Shown piece after piece: positions 25,628-39,710 of a stretch of DNA of 64,000 bases. Made by a program: the position numbers and the translations under genes. The notes below the pieces were generated by a model. It did no database searches. It saw nothing but the letters and a program-made list of their open reading frames with translations, and had not been told where the DNA came from. The DNA is from Xylographa opegraphella. Taxonomy: Eukaryota. The stretch lies in assembly GCA_022813865.1 (NCBI GenBank), contig JALDZX010000026.1, positions 1-64,000 of the forward strand, written 5' to 3'. Each line of letters starts with the position of its first letter. Within the stretch, counting starts at the first letter, position 1.

Positions 25628-28421
25628 TCAAAACACCAGCTGATCCAACCCCATGCCACGATAATACCGCCGTGTACGGTGATGTAACACTCGAGGGTCG
25701 GCATCGAGCTCGTCGTCCGGCATCCAGTCGTTACGCTCTGCCTCAGGAAATAACTCGTCGTCATCGGACTGGCATTCCTCATCCCTGAAGAAATTCATGT
25801 CCAAGTCTTTCGAAGGCCGTAGCCGACGAGTTGTGCAGATAGCCTCCTTCCCGTAATCATCCCACTGTACCCTCTCGAACTCGAACAGGCCCCCCAATGC
25901 CTGATCCGTGTTGGCAACGAAGAACGAGCTCCCATCTGGTACGAATGCTGTGCCGCCAATTTCGCCGAAGAAATCAAATCGCTGTGTCGTTTTGAAGGTC
26001 ACCGCGTCCACGACAGACACGATATCTGCCGGCTCGGCCATCAGCAAAACAGGTCTGCCGCCTCCCAAAGGAGAAAAGTGCAAAGATCGGGCACCTCCGA
26101 TTTCTGTTCCAATAGGTTCTTCCAGTAAAGGACGATTCCAGTTCCGAGCATCCCATATCTTCACACTCCCGTCTTGGTTGCCCGTGGCCATGTAGACGCC
26201 ATTTGGAGACCAATCGCACGCGAAGCCAAAGTCATGGTGGCGCTCAAGACCTATTATCTTGCGACCTGATTCGGCGTCCACGACTACTGGCTGGGTGTCA
26301 TCTCCGACGATCAGACGGAGGCGGCCGTCAGGACTAGTGACTGCGCAGTTGACTACCAAGCCAAAGTCGCGAGTTTGGATGACTGTGTCGGTATAACAAT
26401 CCAATACCCTCACCCTGCTATCGTTGCAACAGAAAACTACTTGAGGTAGTCCACTGCGGCGGGCAAGAAAAGTGTGAACGTGATTCGTGATGTTGTTGAT
26501 CCATCGTGTTAATAAGCCAGCAGCAAAACATGCGTCGTCGGCGGAGGTAAGCGATTTATAGGCGTACTCGCCTTCATATCCACCAACAACAAGAACGCCG
26601 TCACCAGCTGCTAACGTAGATACTCGAGTAGATATTGTAGGACCATCACCATGACGCTCTGCGAAGTTCATAACGCACTGTTGAGTGTTGAATGTCGTAT
26701 CAGCGCATGCAACTCCATCGGTGGTCGGGAAGAAGACTGTATTCTTCGTTGGTGCTGCCAATAGGTGTCGAAGTTGGAAGTGAGCGAGCTTTGCCTTGTG
26801 ACCTGGCATGAAACGGCGAAATCGAAAGGAATTATTAAGAGGTGTAAGTGTAGAGGCCCTTTGTCGGGGGTCATCGAAAAGCCGATCCTCCAAATCGGGG
26901 TAATTCCGATAATTACAGTACAGCATATTTCGGATAGCTCGAGCGTCCTCTCGCCTGGCTCCTATCTTGCTCCAATCCAAGCCTTGGTAATCGCACTGTT
27001 CATAGTCGAGATCCTCAATCAATATGGCATTCGATAGCCCTCCAATCTCGGGGTCCAGTGTCGGAATCATTCCATTCATTGGGGGAAATCGGACATCTTC
27101 GAAAGCCAGTCTTTCTTTCCAGAGTTCGAAGAACTCCGAGGCTGTCAAATTGCTCTCAAAATCCGAATCTGGATCTGGAGGTCGAAGGGTTGGGAATAGT
27201 GACGGTCCGACGGGCCCTCGTCCCAAGCCGGGGAAGAAAAGGTTTGAGAAGGGGTCTGCGCGGTTCTGATAAAAATCAAACGGAATATTCTCTGCTTCTG
27301 AGATTTCATCTTGAGCGGATCCTACATACGAAGAAGTATCGTTATCCTGTGCACGGTCTGTAGATTGTGACCTGCTCAGGGCCATGGTTGCATCCGCGAT
27401 GGCAGGCAATGAAATGTTGATCAAATTTGCAAGAGCATTATCGTCTAGCGGTGCTGGTATCCAGCTAGCTGAATCTCCGAACGGTGTCAACGTTTCAACG
27501 TCAGCCGAATGGCGCAGCTCTCGGCTGCTACTTGACACTGTCAGATCCTCTCTATCGCTTTGCTTCCATTCCTCCAAATGCATATCCATGTCCGTATCAG
27601 AGCTTTCGCTATACAGCAGATCACACGTGCTAGTTTTGGTGGATTCCATCGAAGGTGACGGGGCTTCATCCATAGAGAAATCGTCTACTGATGAAGTGAT
27701 TGTGTGAGAGTGACGAGGCTGGTGAGAAAACTCTGGAAACTGGAGCTCATGAGACAGAGGAACGCCACCTGTCAAACCATCATCACTTTCGGAATCTGAG
27801 GCAACCTCCGTCATATGTGAATGTATTGTATGGTCATAATATCTATTGTCTCGGACTCTTCCTTGCAATTGCACTTCATTGTTAGCTACGTGGATCAAAC
27901 ATACCAGTACGGCGGTCGTTCACAGTACGGCCCCTCGGATGAAGCAGCGACTCACCTTGATATGATGATGTGCGCAAAAGAGAGACCCTATTTGCAAGTC
28001 TGGAGTCCGTATGCATGATACTAGCTGTGAGACTATCCATGATCCGCCGGTTCGCTTGTGCATCTAATGATGTTCCTCCTTGAGTGAATGGGTCATTGGA
28101 CATGACATCGTCAATGTCAAAATCGCAATTAGAGCCTGCAAGGTTATGTAAAGACTGTATTGACTGGCGTTCAGGGTCTCGTTGTCGAATTGTATCTGTT
28201 CTTGGTCCTTGGTCATGTGAAGAGGGCGAGTGTCTGGCCAGGCCGTCCTGGGATGCTGTGGACGCTTCTCTACCGTCTATTAGTGTCTGGTGAGGAAGTC
28301 CGAGGCGAGACGACAGAGATCGGTCTTCCTCCATGACGAGTCGGGAAAGATGTGACGCGATGAATGAATGACTCCCATGGTTCTGCTCCATGGCTTCTAG
28401 GCCAGCTACAAGATCTTCCAT
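25628..28421 (-). CDS. WD40-repeat protein (DUF2415-like) with long acidic N-terminal region; 5' exon structure uncertain
   Basis: HFQLRHLL, NNITNHV, VNCAVTSPDGRLRLIVGD, HHDFGFACDWSPNG..MATGNQD and LMAEPADIV match the conserved eukaryotic WD40 family. The upstream ORF 27882..28421 probably supplies exon 1. Confidence 0.8.
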
Positions 28422-29524
28422 TATCTATCAACCTCTTTATTCTGCTTCGTTCTGCCAAGTGATATTCCAAGTATGGTCATTCCCCCACACCCCCCTCAAT
28501 CGATGTCAAATAGGCTACCGGTTCGCCATACCTAGTTACGGCGAGGTGAATAAGGTGGTCGTTCGCTATGCGCAGGTCTGACCCTAAGCCGCGGAATCTT
28601 GCAGCTGAGGTGGTACAAGAGTCAAGCGACTAGTCGTATATCCACAATGATGGGCCTCCGTCGGAGCTCTTGAAGTCTGGATTCGGAATGTTGCAGCGGC
28701 CTGATGCACACGAACCACCGGATGATGCGGTGCACAGCCGGCAGAGATCTTGCAGGTGGCTTCGAGGATCTATTGCGCTCCTCTATGGACACTCCCCTCC
28801 GAGATCTGAGAGACGGGGCCGGTGTTGGACTGTCAAAGAAGTCAAGGAGGGTGGTCGAGTTGTGGTCGAGTGGTTGGTGAAGCGCCATTGGCAGCCTCGA
28901 CCCACCTCGCACTGCGGGGAGCACTTGTATCATATCCTAGCGTCTTCAGCTCTAACTTTCGCTGGGGTGTGGACAGTGAGTGATATATCACAACTCGGCA
29001 TACAGCGATCAAGCCAGGAGGTGGTCGATGAGCTCGACTGGACAGTGATGGTCTTATCGAAGCTGCCAGAGTACCTGATTATCCGGCAAATTACTTGTCA
29101 GCTCATGCACCTTCATCCGTCGCCCACACCAACCACTTACGAAGGGCCAGGTTTCAACAATCTGCCAATGCTTTGTTCCTGGAGACTGCCACTCGGCACG
29201 GTATTTCTCGCTTTATAGCGAAGTAGGAAGAATGAGAATTTTCACCATACACAATTACTTTAGATATCTACACTGAAGCGGGTTGCTCTTGAATGGTGAA
29301 CCCCGAAACCTATATATGCATCACTTTTGCCGTCGAGATACATGCACACTGCAACTGAACATCGAGGTGCATGCAGAAGAGCGTGCCATATTATTTGACC
29401 AGTGCGTTTCTGCCTTACATGCAGCCGTGAAGCCCGTGCAGCTCTCATCGGCTGGACTTATACTGTGGGTCAGACATTCTGCGATTCGTGCGGTCTGTCT
29501 GCAAGAGTGGTGTGATTGATTGCA

Positions 29525-30397
29525 CTATGTACTTGAGAGTTCAGTGGAGCGCGATGTATCCACTCCCTTAATTTTTCTTGCCGTCACCCTCAACCTGACA
29601 TAACCCAACCACTGGGTTCCATCTTCCTCGTGCGTCAGCACTGTCTCCAGAGCGGCGCAGACCTCTTTCACAGCGGCTTCCTGCTGACTCGCCGATAATT
29701 GTTCCAGGAACTGTGGACCGAACAGCCTCACCCAGCCTTCTATACCACCGGTGTCATCCATGATTAGCTTGGTGGGTCGATACTCCAGCTGCGATTTCTC
29801 CACAATGAAACCAGCGTTCTCCAACATCTTCGTCATAAGCTTCTCGGATGGGAAGAACCAAGGGCAAACTTCGCGAGCTCTTTGTATGTCGAGGCCCTGA
29901 TGAATGACAGCAGCCAACAGTGCTGTGTGAACTTCGGCAACGTTTCCCGCACCTCCCATCTCAAAAACCAATACTCCGTTGGGCTTCAGTGCATCATGAG
30001 CTGCCTGAAGAACCGCTTGACGGGTGTCTGGGTCCCGAAGTATCCAATGGAAGGCGGCATTGGAGAAAACCTTGGTGTAGTATCCTGGTCGAAAGTGTGA
30101 TGACTTTTCGAGGTGTCGACAGTCGTGTATCTCCCAGGTCAAAGCCGGGATCGAGCCGTAAGAGTTGCGTGCAGCCTCAATGAGATTTGCGGACGCATCA
30201 ACCCCAACCACCAAAGCGCAGCGTTCTTTGATCTCTGCTGTCAAGGAGCCATTACCGCACCCGACATCGAGGATGACGTCGTCAGGCTGTGGATCCAGCC
30301 ATGATATCAGGGTAGATGTCAACTTTGGAACAAAAGACCCAGAGCTGGCGTATGCTTTGGCTTTCCAATGATCCACAGACCCCAGTTGTTGCGCCAT
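29525..30397 (-). CDS. Class I SAM-dependent methyltransferase (Tam-like)
   Basis: Motif I ILDVGCGNG; VGVDAS; KVFSNAAFHWI; LKPNGVLVFEMGG; ends YVRLRV. Confidence 0.88.
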   Translation of the reverse strand: MAQQLGSVDHWKAKAYASSGSFVPKLTSTLISWLDPQPDDVILDVGCGNGSLTAEIKERCALVVGVDASANLIEAARNSYGSIPALTWEIHDCRHLEKSSHFRPGYYTKVFSNAAFHWILRDPDTRQAVLQAAHDALKPNGVLVFEMGGAGNVAEVHTALLAAVIHQGLDIQRAREVCPWFFPSEKLMTKMLENAGFIVEKSQLEYRPTKLIMDDTGGIEGWVRLFGPQFLEQLSASQQEAAVKEVCAALETVLTHEEDGTQWLGYVRLRVTARKIKGVDTSRSTELSST

Positions 30398-31821
30398 CCT
30401 TACTATAACGTCCGAGAAATTGCTACTGAAGACGGAACGCAGGGTATTATGATGCCACGGAGAAGGTTAGTAGATATATATAGCGTCTCTATCTTCGTCC
30501 TGGTATTGGCTCAAGGTCGCGGAGTAATGTCTAATGGAACACAGTGATCTGGGGAAACCGGATAGATATTTATACAGTATCGTATTCATCAGCAGATAGC
30601 AGTAACTCGGCCAGAGGACCAGTCGCGTCGTCTGCGGGCTTTTTAAGTCTATACAGAGTATTAATCACAAGTCCAAGATATATCTGAACCTCGAGGGGTC
30701 CGACATCGGAGCTGGCTCCCCCTTGTGGAGCATAGCCTCGTACGCCTTGCCTCACGAGAGAGGCAGTTGCAAACGGGCACCGAGCTCTGTATATATATTG
30801 AGAGTATGTGTGGATACTCGCTGAGTTGCTCAGTTTTCCGCCATTGCACTGTGAGACAGCTGATTTTTGAGAAAGTCGATCTACATACTTGGAAGGAAGA
30901 ATGTTGTTCCGCGTGGACGGGGAGGGAGCAGTTCGCAGCCAGATCATTTTGCAAAACAGATGATCATATAGTATCCATGGTCGTTCTCGCCTTCAAGTAA
31001 ATTTAGTGCGCCTTGTCTCTAATAGTCGACCGAATTCGAATCCTTTCATCCACAGATCACGAGCTCTTCTTCTGCTTCTCGCCTCAACGCACATGCATGT
31101 TTGAGACCGCAATGAAGGATTATCTCCAATAATCCATCTCGCAAAGCTGGGTATCTACCATAATCTGTCTGGAGCAAGAAACGCTTTCTATAACCTGCCG
31201 TGCCCTATATGCGTCTATAGACACTTAAGAGCTTAGATATCCTTTCACGTGGAACAGCAATACTGCGGCGGCGGAATGCGCCTCACTGTATATCGGGAGA
31301 TATGAAAGATATTACTCAGTACTGCTTTATGACCGGGATTTGTCTGTTTACTTGTCTCGACAGAATGCCGTGAGTTTATCCTAGTGTGTCTGGCGCCGAC
31401 AATGGCTGACGGGATTTTGAGCCGGGGAGTACAACGAACTATGGATGCGTTAGGATAAGAAGTTGTGCATGAGCTTAGGGTTACATGTGGTCCATCAGAC
31501 CGTCAAACGATCTATTAAGTGTTCAGATGCTACTTTCGCTCTATTACAGCAAAGCCGTGACTCCTGCCGTCCATGCTGATTACATCCGCTGTGACTGTCA
31601 TTCGCTTCTTCCGATCCCGACATTATTCCTACACCTCCACCGGCTTTTCCTTATCCAACCACGAAGCATCTTGTCACCTGCGGACTGATGCTCTCGGACG
31701 CCCAATCAAATGCCAAATAGGAATGCCCGATACTCCTACAGCCGTGCGTCTACCATTCCCGCAATGCACATGCGCAAATGAAATGCCACAGGAATGATAC
31801 ATCGCTAATCGCCAAAATTGC

Positions 31822-34131
31822 TCAAAATATTCCCCAACGCTTCCATTTCGTCTTCTCTTCCGCCGCCGGTTCTGCCTGAGCCGGCACTGCGGACTTTTCT
31901 TTCTTCGCTCTCCGCGGCGGCGGCGAATTCGTGGAAGCAAGCGTACCCCCTGATGCTGCAGCGCTGATTGCGTTTATACGGTGCTTCGCACGCTCGTCGC
32001 CCAGATCAGCGGCACGGACGTACCACACGTTGGCTTCCAGCGGATCTCGTCGACAGCCAATCCCCATCTCAGTGAAGTATCCTACCGCATACTGTGCTTT
32101 AGGCAGCCCTGACGAGTCGTGTTAGATCGAAGATGAAGCAGGATTGTTCACGCAGGACTGACCAGACTCGGCCGCCTTAAGCGCCCACTCATACGCTTCA
32201 TTCTCGTCCTTCTCTAGCACAGGTTCTGCGCCAACCATATACCAAGCACAAAGAGCCATCATCGCTAAAGGATGTCCCCGTTGCGCAGCACCCGTGTAGA
32301 AATGTACACTGAGCGCAGGATCTCTAGGACAGGTTAATTTCCCGTGCTCGTAAGCATCACCGAGTCGGTAATTTGCTTCTGCATGACCGAGATCGGCTGA
32401 CTGAGTGAACAACTGAGCCGTATAAGACTCATCTTGGAAAATGTCAGCGCCATACCCCGTTTCGTGAAGTAACCCCAGCTCATAAGGTGCCGAGTTGTAC
32501 TGGAAGTCAGCCGCCTCTGTAGCTCGCTTAAGCCATTTGAGACCTTCCCGATATCTGTTTCCGAGAGCCAGCTCACCCCCCAAACAAGCCAAAGCCAGTC
32601 GTGTCATCGCACCAGGGTGATTTTTGGAAGCCGCCTGACGGTAAAATTGAACAGCTTTGGTGGGATCGCTTCTGGTCCCCCAGCCGAACTCATAGCATAA
32701 CGCAGCACGGTAGCCAGCTTCAGCATGACCATGCTTACTTGATGCCACGAACAAGGGGAACGCTCGATCGTTGTCTTCCCTACCTCGATTGAAGAGCCCA
32801 GAGGCGTATCCGTCGGCAAGGTAGTATTGTGCATACGGATAACTTTTGTCGGAGAGCCGCTGCAATATCTGTTTGGCTTCGCGGAGAAGCTCAGAATTCG
32901 GTCCGCCAGCTCTCTCATCCGCTGCAGATCCGTCAACGTTTCTTACTGGCATGGGACTTTTTTGCCGTTCTGTATTGCCGAGGTCTTGTCCATTAGCGGT
33001 AGCTTCTTGAGCTGCGTTTATCATAAATATCGCAAACTCATACTGAATGGCCGGATCATTGGTCTTTACGAGATTGGCTCTGTACATTTCCAGAGTCTTC
33101 TTAGTGCTGAGCAGTGAAGCATTAGCGCCTACGGCTACCCGTAAGTGGGCATTATCAATGTTTGCTGAAGGTGCAGGCTGTGGATACGGCACGTTCAGCA
33201 AATCAATAAAGGATATCGGACGGTTGTCAGGCGACCTCGTGCCCTGAGAAGAAGTATTACGATTATGACCATTGGGTGAGAGTTGCGGTGAACGCGTCCG
33301 ACCTCTTGCAGCAAATTCAGAAGTGGCGGAGAGTGCCGATGCTGGCCTTGAAAAATTCTCTCCTAATATAGAGTGTCTGTGTGCTGATCCCGTGGCTGCA
33401 CCATTGGCCGTCCGAACCCCAGTCGCATCACTTTGACTCTGTTGGTGGTGGTATTGCAGAGAAGGGGCCATTTCCGGAGCTTGACAACCACTAGGAGGAC
33501 GTCTAGGAGTTCCATTACTCACGTTACTCCTTACGCTGTCGTCGCTAGTATTTCTGTCATGAGGTGACTTGGATCCATTACCAAAATTTCTGATCTGTCT
33601 ATTGTACGGATCTCCTGCTTCTGGAGTCACTATTCTTGGTGAAATAGTTCTCACGTCGTTCAGTTGGTGCAGCGATGTGACGGATGACTGCTGTGTATTT
33701 GGGAATGGATTAGGACTCAAACGTAGAGTTTGCTGCTTCATGATGGGTATCTCATTGCTGACAGACTTGATCGTGCTCTTGAGAGGCGCTGGATATTGTT
33801 CTCCAGATGGTGTTCTTGAACGATCGAAGTATGACGAGTTATAGTCTTCGATCTCAGTGGATGATGGTTCGGGTATTTGGTAATCAGAGGAATTGTTAAT
33901 GTGGACCGGAGACACCGGTCCTTCTTGAATACGGGTTCCCATTGTTGTCATTGGAAAGGGTACTGGCTTTCTATTGGGAGACGATGTGCCATGTCGATTC
34001 AAGCTCTCTTCTGACGATTGTCGCTGCGGATAGCGCTGTGAAAACGGTGGTGCTAAGGTCTGCATGGTATCCAATGGCGATGGCTTCGATGGTGAGGGCG
34101 CAAATTGGCCAGTATCGTATAGCTCCACCAT
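31822..34131 (-). CDS. Chitin synthase activator (Skt5/Chs4-like, Sel1 repeats), 2 exons
   Basis: Low-complexity N-terminus followed by Sel1-like repeats (YAQYYLADGY, AGYRAALCYEFGWG, ANYRLGDAYEHG, AMMALCAWYMVG); intron 32162-32109; last exon AQYAVGYFTEMGIG...KWKRWGIF*. The start codon is uncertain. Confidence 0.88.
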
Positions 34132-35882
34132 TGTGTCCTTGTCGATACTTAACACAAGAGAGTGTAGTGGTTCTTCAGTGTACGGTTGTTATCTGCCAAC
34201 CCCGAAATTCATTTTCAAGTCGACCTGGCGCGTGTCCACAAATCGTTGGAACTTTTTTTCTCGCCGGCGCAACTGATAACTTTCGTATGGGTTGTGCCCA
34301 GCACAACGAGTCAAGTTTTTTGCCTTTGCTGAGAAGGCTTCTTTTGGGAGACGTGGAAGTTGGAAAGCCTGCTTTCTTCATCCGGTCAGCAAATACGGAC
34401 TGAAAACAGTGTACGAGATTGTGGGATTGAGGACCCCAGTACTCGCAACTACAGTCCCAATGAGATCAAGGACAGGAGGGGCAATGTGATAGTCGGTTGC
34501 GGACTGACAGTCACCCAGTAACTTCGCAAGTCAACAATGAGTATAACGAAGGGCGGTTGCCGCACGAGTACGTCTCAAGATGGCATGAAACTTCGAAGAC
34601 CAATTCGACGATCCTAAAGCTCGACTGCAGTGGCAGGATCACGAAGTCATAAGTGAGCGTCAGAGAGTACCTGTACGAGGTTTATTTGTTGGGGGGAGGC
34701 TTAGGATGAACGGGCTTAGTAACATGCCACACAAACACCTACATACTGTGCGAAGGTACTGCCACATGCAAGACCTCATGTTTCGCCCTGCACCAGAGCC
34801 GTATGTACGGTAGCATGGCCCGAAGTCCTCCTCCGTTGTACTCCCAAGCCTTATGAAATCTATATTTGTACAAGTTCTGAGACAGCTACAACGGTAGGCG
34901 TCAAGAGAAGGAATATATCCACTCCCTCCCGATCCCTCCCTTTCAGGGGCAATGGTCTCCAACAACAGCTCTCCTATCGACAGTGACTGGTACGAAGTAA
35001 TGCAAGGTACCTTCAATGGTGTCGTCGGCCCTGATCGCCGACAGGGATAATCCGCCAATCCACACGTTATCGCCGTGCATGTGCATCGCTGGTGAACTGG
35101 ACTCTCTGCCTACATGCCTAGATACCTCGCGTTGGACAGGTGCAAAGCTCAGATGCTGTAGCCACTTTGAATAGAGACGACGGGTTTTCTGGTAGTACGG
35201 ACGAAGCCGGAGTCATCGAATACGATGTTGGGGCCATTGGTGCATTCGTGATTTCTTGGTGGCATTTCTATCTTTAGCCCTCGGCCGTCGCCCCGCCAAA
35301 CGCATCCCGGTCCCCGCCCGTAACATTTCTGTAGCCCGGAAGGCCGCCCGCCGAAACTTGTGACGCGCGGGCTGGATTTCATGAAATATTGTCCCTGATT
35401 CTTGCAAAACACCACATCTGTTGACTCCACGGCCAAGACACAACCGCCACTGTTCCTTGTCTCTTCTGGCTTCCAGAACCCTCGCAATCTATCACGCTCG
35501 TTTGCTCTGTCCCACCAGAAACTCAGTCACACCTTCAAATTTTTTCCGTGACGACCACAAGCGTCCCCTAAGTTGAACATCACAATCTCCCAGCCTCGGT
35601 TGAGGCTTCCTTGTCATACAACGCTCTTCTTCAGCTTTTGCCACGCGAGAAATAACGGTTCGATTCTATCGGGGAAAACCGCTACTGAACATACTTACAC
35701 TCAAGTCAGCCATCGCTGAAATGCTTCCCGCACATCCTTCTCAACTCTGCTGAGCTACGTATGCTTGCCAGAGAAGCTGAGCACCGCAGATTGTGGTAGC
35801 TTTGACTTGGAGGAGACAGCTTCGTAAGTGCAGATCAAATGTAAGGACAAGCTCAGGAATGCTTAAATAGCGTCTTAGCATC

Positions 35883-38800
35883 ATGTCGCTCCCACAGAAG
35901 CCCCACGCCACGTCTCCCCGGCGAAGAGATCGGAGGGACAGAAATTCGCAATACCGAGACTCTCCGCGACGGCGTTCTCGACCTCGTGATATCGAAGCTG
36001 CGCCATACTACGATAACCCGCCAAGTCCTTACTACTCTCCCACCAAGTCCTCTCCCACACGGAGACCAAGACAGGAAGCATATATACGATCCGCCGATTC
36101 CCCGATCGATCGGAGCATAATGGCTTCACCTTCCAATGTGAATGAGCTTGGGCGAAAGAAGAGCCTGGTGCGGCCCGAGCGGAACAAGATTGACAGGGAC
36201 CATCCGAATTACCAGTACCGTAAGCATGCGCAGAACATGCCGGTCTATCCTTCCACGACAGGTAATGATCTTGTTACGGAGGATATCGAGGAGGACGATT
36301 CGGTACCTCAGGAAGAAGCCGAGTTGAAGGTTTTGACAAATTCGGAGCACGTTTCGTTGGGCAAGGTGAGGGACTCGGAGGACTTGCCGCGACGTAAACA
36401 CAGACGCCGGAGACGCTCGACCACAGTAGGAGATGATGGTACACGTCGATTACACAGGAAAACAACAAGGAGGGAGGAGATGGTACTCTCCGAAAAAGAA
36501 AAGCTCCGGCAGAGAGATCGCGACTCCGTTCGTCCTCCAAATCTTTGGAACTTCTATTGTTATGTAATAACGTTTTGGGCTCCTGGACCAATTCTTGCTT
36601 GTTTTGGGAAACCTGCCAAGGCTCAACAGCGAGCATGGAGGGAAAAGATCGGTCTCATATCGATCATTATCCTGATATGTGCCGCCGTCGGCTTTCTCAC
36701 GTTCGGATTTACTCAAGCTGTTTGTGGCATACAGCCTGTTCAACAACATGTCAACAGTATCGGAAGAGACACCATGATATTTCATGGCCAAGCATATAAC
36801 TTGAATGGAATGCGACACCCAGGAGCACAAGGCATACCAGACGGTAGTAACGTCCTGTATGATCTTCCACACAAATATGGTGGTCAAGATGGAAGCTTCA
36901 TGTTTCAAAATGTCAACGGAGCTTGTAAAGGACTGATTACACTTGCGCCAAATTCCGATGTCCCAACGAATGCTGCTGGTGATCTTGCTTGGTATTTTCC
37001 ATGCGTAGCGTTCAACCAAGATGGGTCTAGCAAACCCAATGACACCATTGAGTACTATCTTGGTTATTCATGCCATACCACAGAAATCGCCAGGCAGGCA
37101 TTTTATCAATATATGGTCAGTTCTGGGGACGTATATTTTAATTGGGACGATTTAAAGAATACGAGTCGTCGTTTGACAGTGTATTCTGGCAACGTCTTGG
37201 ACCTGGAACTTTTGAGATGGTTCAATACCTCTCAAGTCTCAGTGCCAGCTTCATTCAACGATCTTCTCGATAATCCCGCCGTATGGGGCACCGATCTTAC
37301 TCATGCTTTCCAGTCCGGACCACAGAAACAACTTGGTCAGTGCCTGTCCGAAATCATTCGAGTTGGGTCCATAGACACAGAAACTGTTGGCTGCATTGCG
37401 TCAAAGGTGGTGCTATATGTTTCTTTGGTATTTATCCTGTCGATCGTTCTGGCCAAATTCTTTCTCGCTTTGGCATTCCAGTGGTTCTTGAGCCGCCGCT
37501 TTGCGGCTTCAAAATCGTCCATATCAAAAAACCCCCGAAGAAGAGCTCAAGAAATCGAGGATTGGACGGACGATATCTACCGTCCACCGCCAAAGATGTC
37601 GGATCCTGCCTCAGACACGCATAGCAGGAAAGGTAGCATGTTTTTACCGACAACTTCGAGGTTCACAAGTCCTTACCTTACGGATCGAGCAATGATAAAA
37701 GATCATCCAGCACCAACCACAATGGCTAGTCAGAGTACTACGGCGAGAATGCTGCCACATGCGCCCTTGTATAGGAACTCGATCCCTAGTACTGGTACTC
37801 TACCCACCACGAATCCCTCAACGCGACTTAGCATGGCCGGAAGTCGCTCCAGTTTACTCGTGTCAGGTTCTGGACAAGAACAAGGGACGGCAACAACGAT
37901 GACGGATATCGAAAGCACCGGTCCTGCCGGGTTCATCCACGAAGCCGTTGTTCCTCAGCCTCCGCCAGATTTCCAGCCCTTCGGATACCCATTAGCACAT
38001 GCAATATGCTTAGTGACAGCTTATTCCGAGGGTGAAGAAGGGCTGAGGACAACCCTCGACTCGATTGCGACCACAGAATATCCAAATAGTCACAAAACCA
38101 TACTCGTTATATGCGATGGCCTGGTGAAAGGCTCAGGTGAAGTTCTGACAACTCCTGATATCGTTCTTGGAATGATGGGTGACTTTGCCATACTTCCGGA
38201 TGAGGTCGAACCGTTCTCTTATGTTGCTGTTGCGAGCGGATCGAAGCGCCATAACATGGCAAAGGTGTATTCGGGCTTCTACGATCACGGAGAGAACTCT
38301 AGGATTCCTGTCCACAAGCAGCAAAGAGTCCCCATGATGATCATCGTCAAATGTGGCACTCCTGATGAATTGAAGAAAAGCAAGCCCGGAAATCGTGGAA
38401 AGCGCGACAGTCAAATCATCATCATGTCATTCCTTCAGAAGGTCATGTTCGACGAGCGTATGACTGAGTTGGAGTACGAGATGTTCAATGGCCTGTGGAG
38501 GATCACCGGTATATCGCCGGACTTTTACGAGGTGGTATTGATGGTAGATGCAGACACCAAAGTCTTTCCGGACAGCTTAACGCACATGGTGTCCGCGATG
38601 GTGAAAGATCCCGAGATCATGGGCCTATGCGGAGAGACGAAGATTGCGAACAAACGCGCGAGCTGGGTTACCATGATACAAGTTTTTGAGTAAGTTCGAC
38701 TCAGCTTCGCATAGCTGATCTCTGCTGATCATTACAGATATTTCATCTCCCATCACTTGTCAAAGTCATTCGAGTCAGTCTTCGGTGGTGTCACCTGTCT

Positions 38801-39710
38801 GCCAGGCTGCTTCAGTATGTACCGGATCAAAGCCCCAAAGGGCGGCCAAAATTACTGGGTGCCCATTCTCGCAAACCCTGATGTCGTGGAGCACTACTCA
38901 GAGAACGTCGTCAATACGCTCCACAAGAAGAATCTCCTCCTCCTTGGCGAAGATCGATATCTGTCAACCCTCATGCTCAAGACCTTTCCAAAGCGTAAAC
39001 AGGTGTTTGTTCCGCAAGCTGTCTGTAAAACTACGTGTCCCGAGCAATTCTCCGTCCTCCTTTCTCAACGTCGTCGCTGGATCAACAGCACTATCCACAA
39101 CCTCATGGAGCTGGTCCTCGTTCGCGATCTCTGCGGCACTTTCTGTTTTAGCATGCAGTTCGTGGTATTCATTGACCTCGTGGGCACGCTAGTCCTTCCA
39201 GCTGCTATTACATTCACCTTCTATCTAATTATTATATCTATTGTGAAGAAGCCTGTCCCCGTTATCCCGCTGATCCTACTGGCACTAATCCTTGGTCTTC
39301 CTGCTGTTCTTATCGTTCTCACCGCTCACCGCTGGTCGTACGTGGTGTGGATGTTAATTTATCTCTTATCGCTGCCGATATGGAATTTCGTCCTTCCCAC
39401 GTACGCGTACTGGAAGTTCGACGATTTCAGCTGGGGTGACACGCGCAAGACTGCGGGCGAGAAAACGAAGAAAGCAGGGATTGAGTATGAGGGCGAGTTC
39501 GACAGCAGCAAGATCACAATGAAACGTTGGGGCGATTTTGAGAAAGGTTTGTTTGATTCAAATAATGTACTTTCGTTTATTGACCCCGGTCTAGAACGCC
39601 GCCAACGAGCGCCGGCCTCTCACTGGTCTAACCAGTCAACTTCCGTTGCACCTGGTTGGCAGCCCAGCGTACCATCCCATTCCCAGCGCTATTACGATTC
39701 GGATGTCTGA
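35883..39710 (+). CDS. Class IV chitin synthase (yeast Chs3/Aspergillus ChsD type)
   Basis: AWREKIGL, cytochrome b5-like region, [40 protein letters not shown] and DDFSWG; intron 38690-38737, and a probable in-frame 48-nt intron near 39547-39594. Confidence 0.95.

Noticed and set aside
35655..35672. tRNA T-loop/B-box-like GGTTCGATTC
   Set aside because: No cloverleaf stems or A-box could be built around it.
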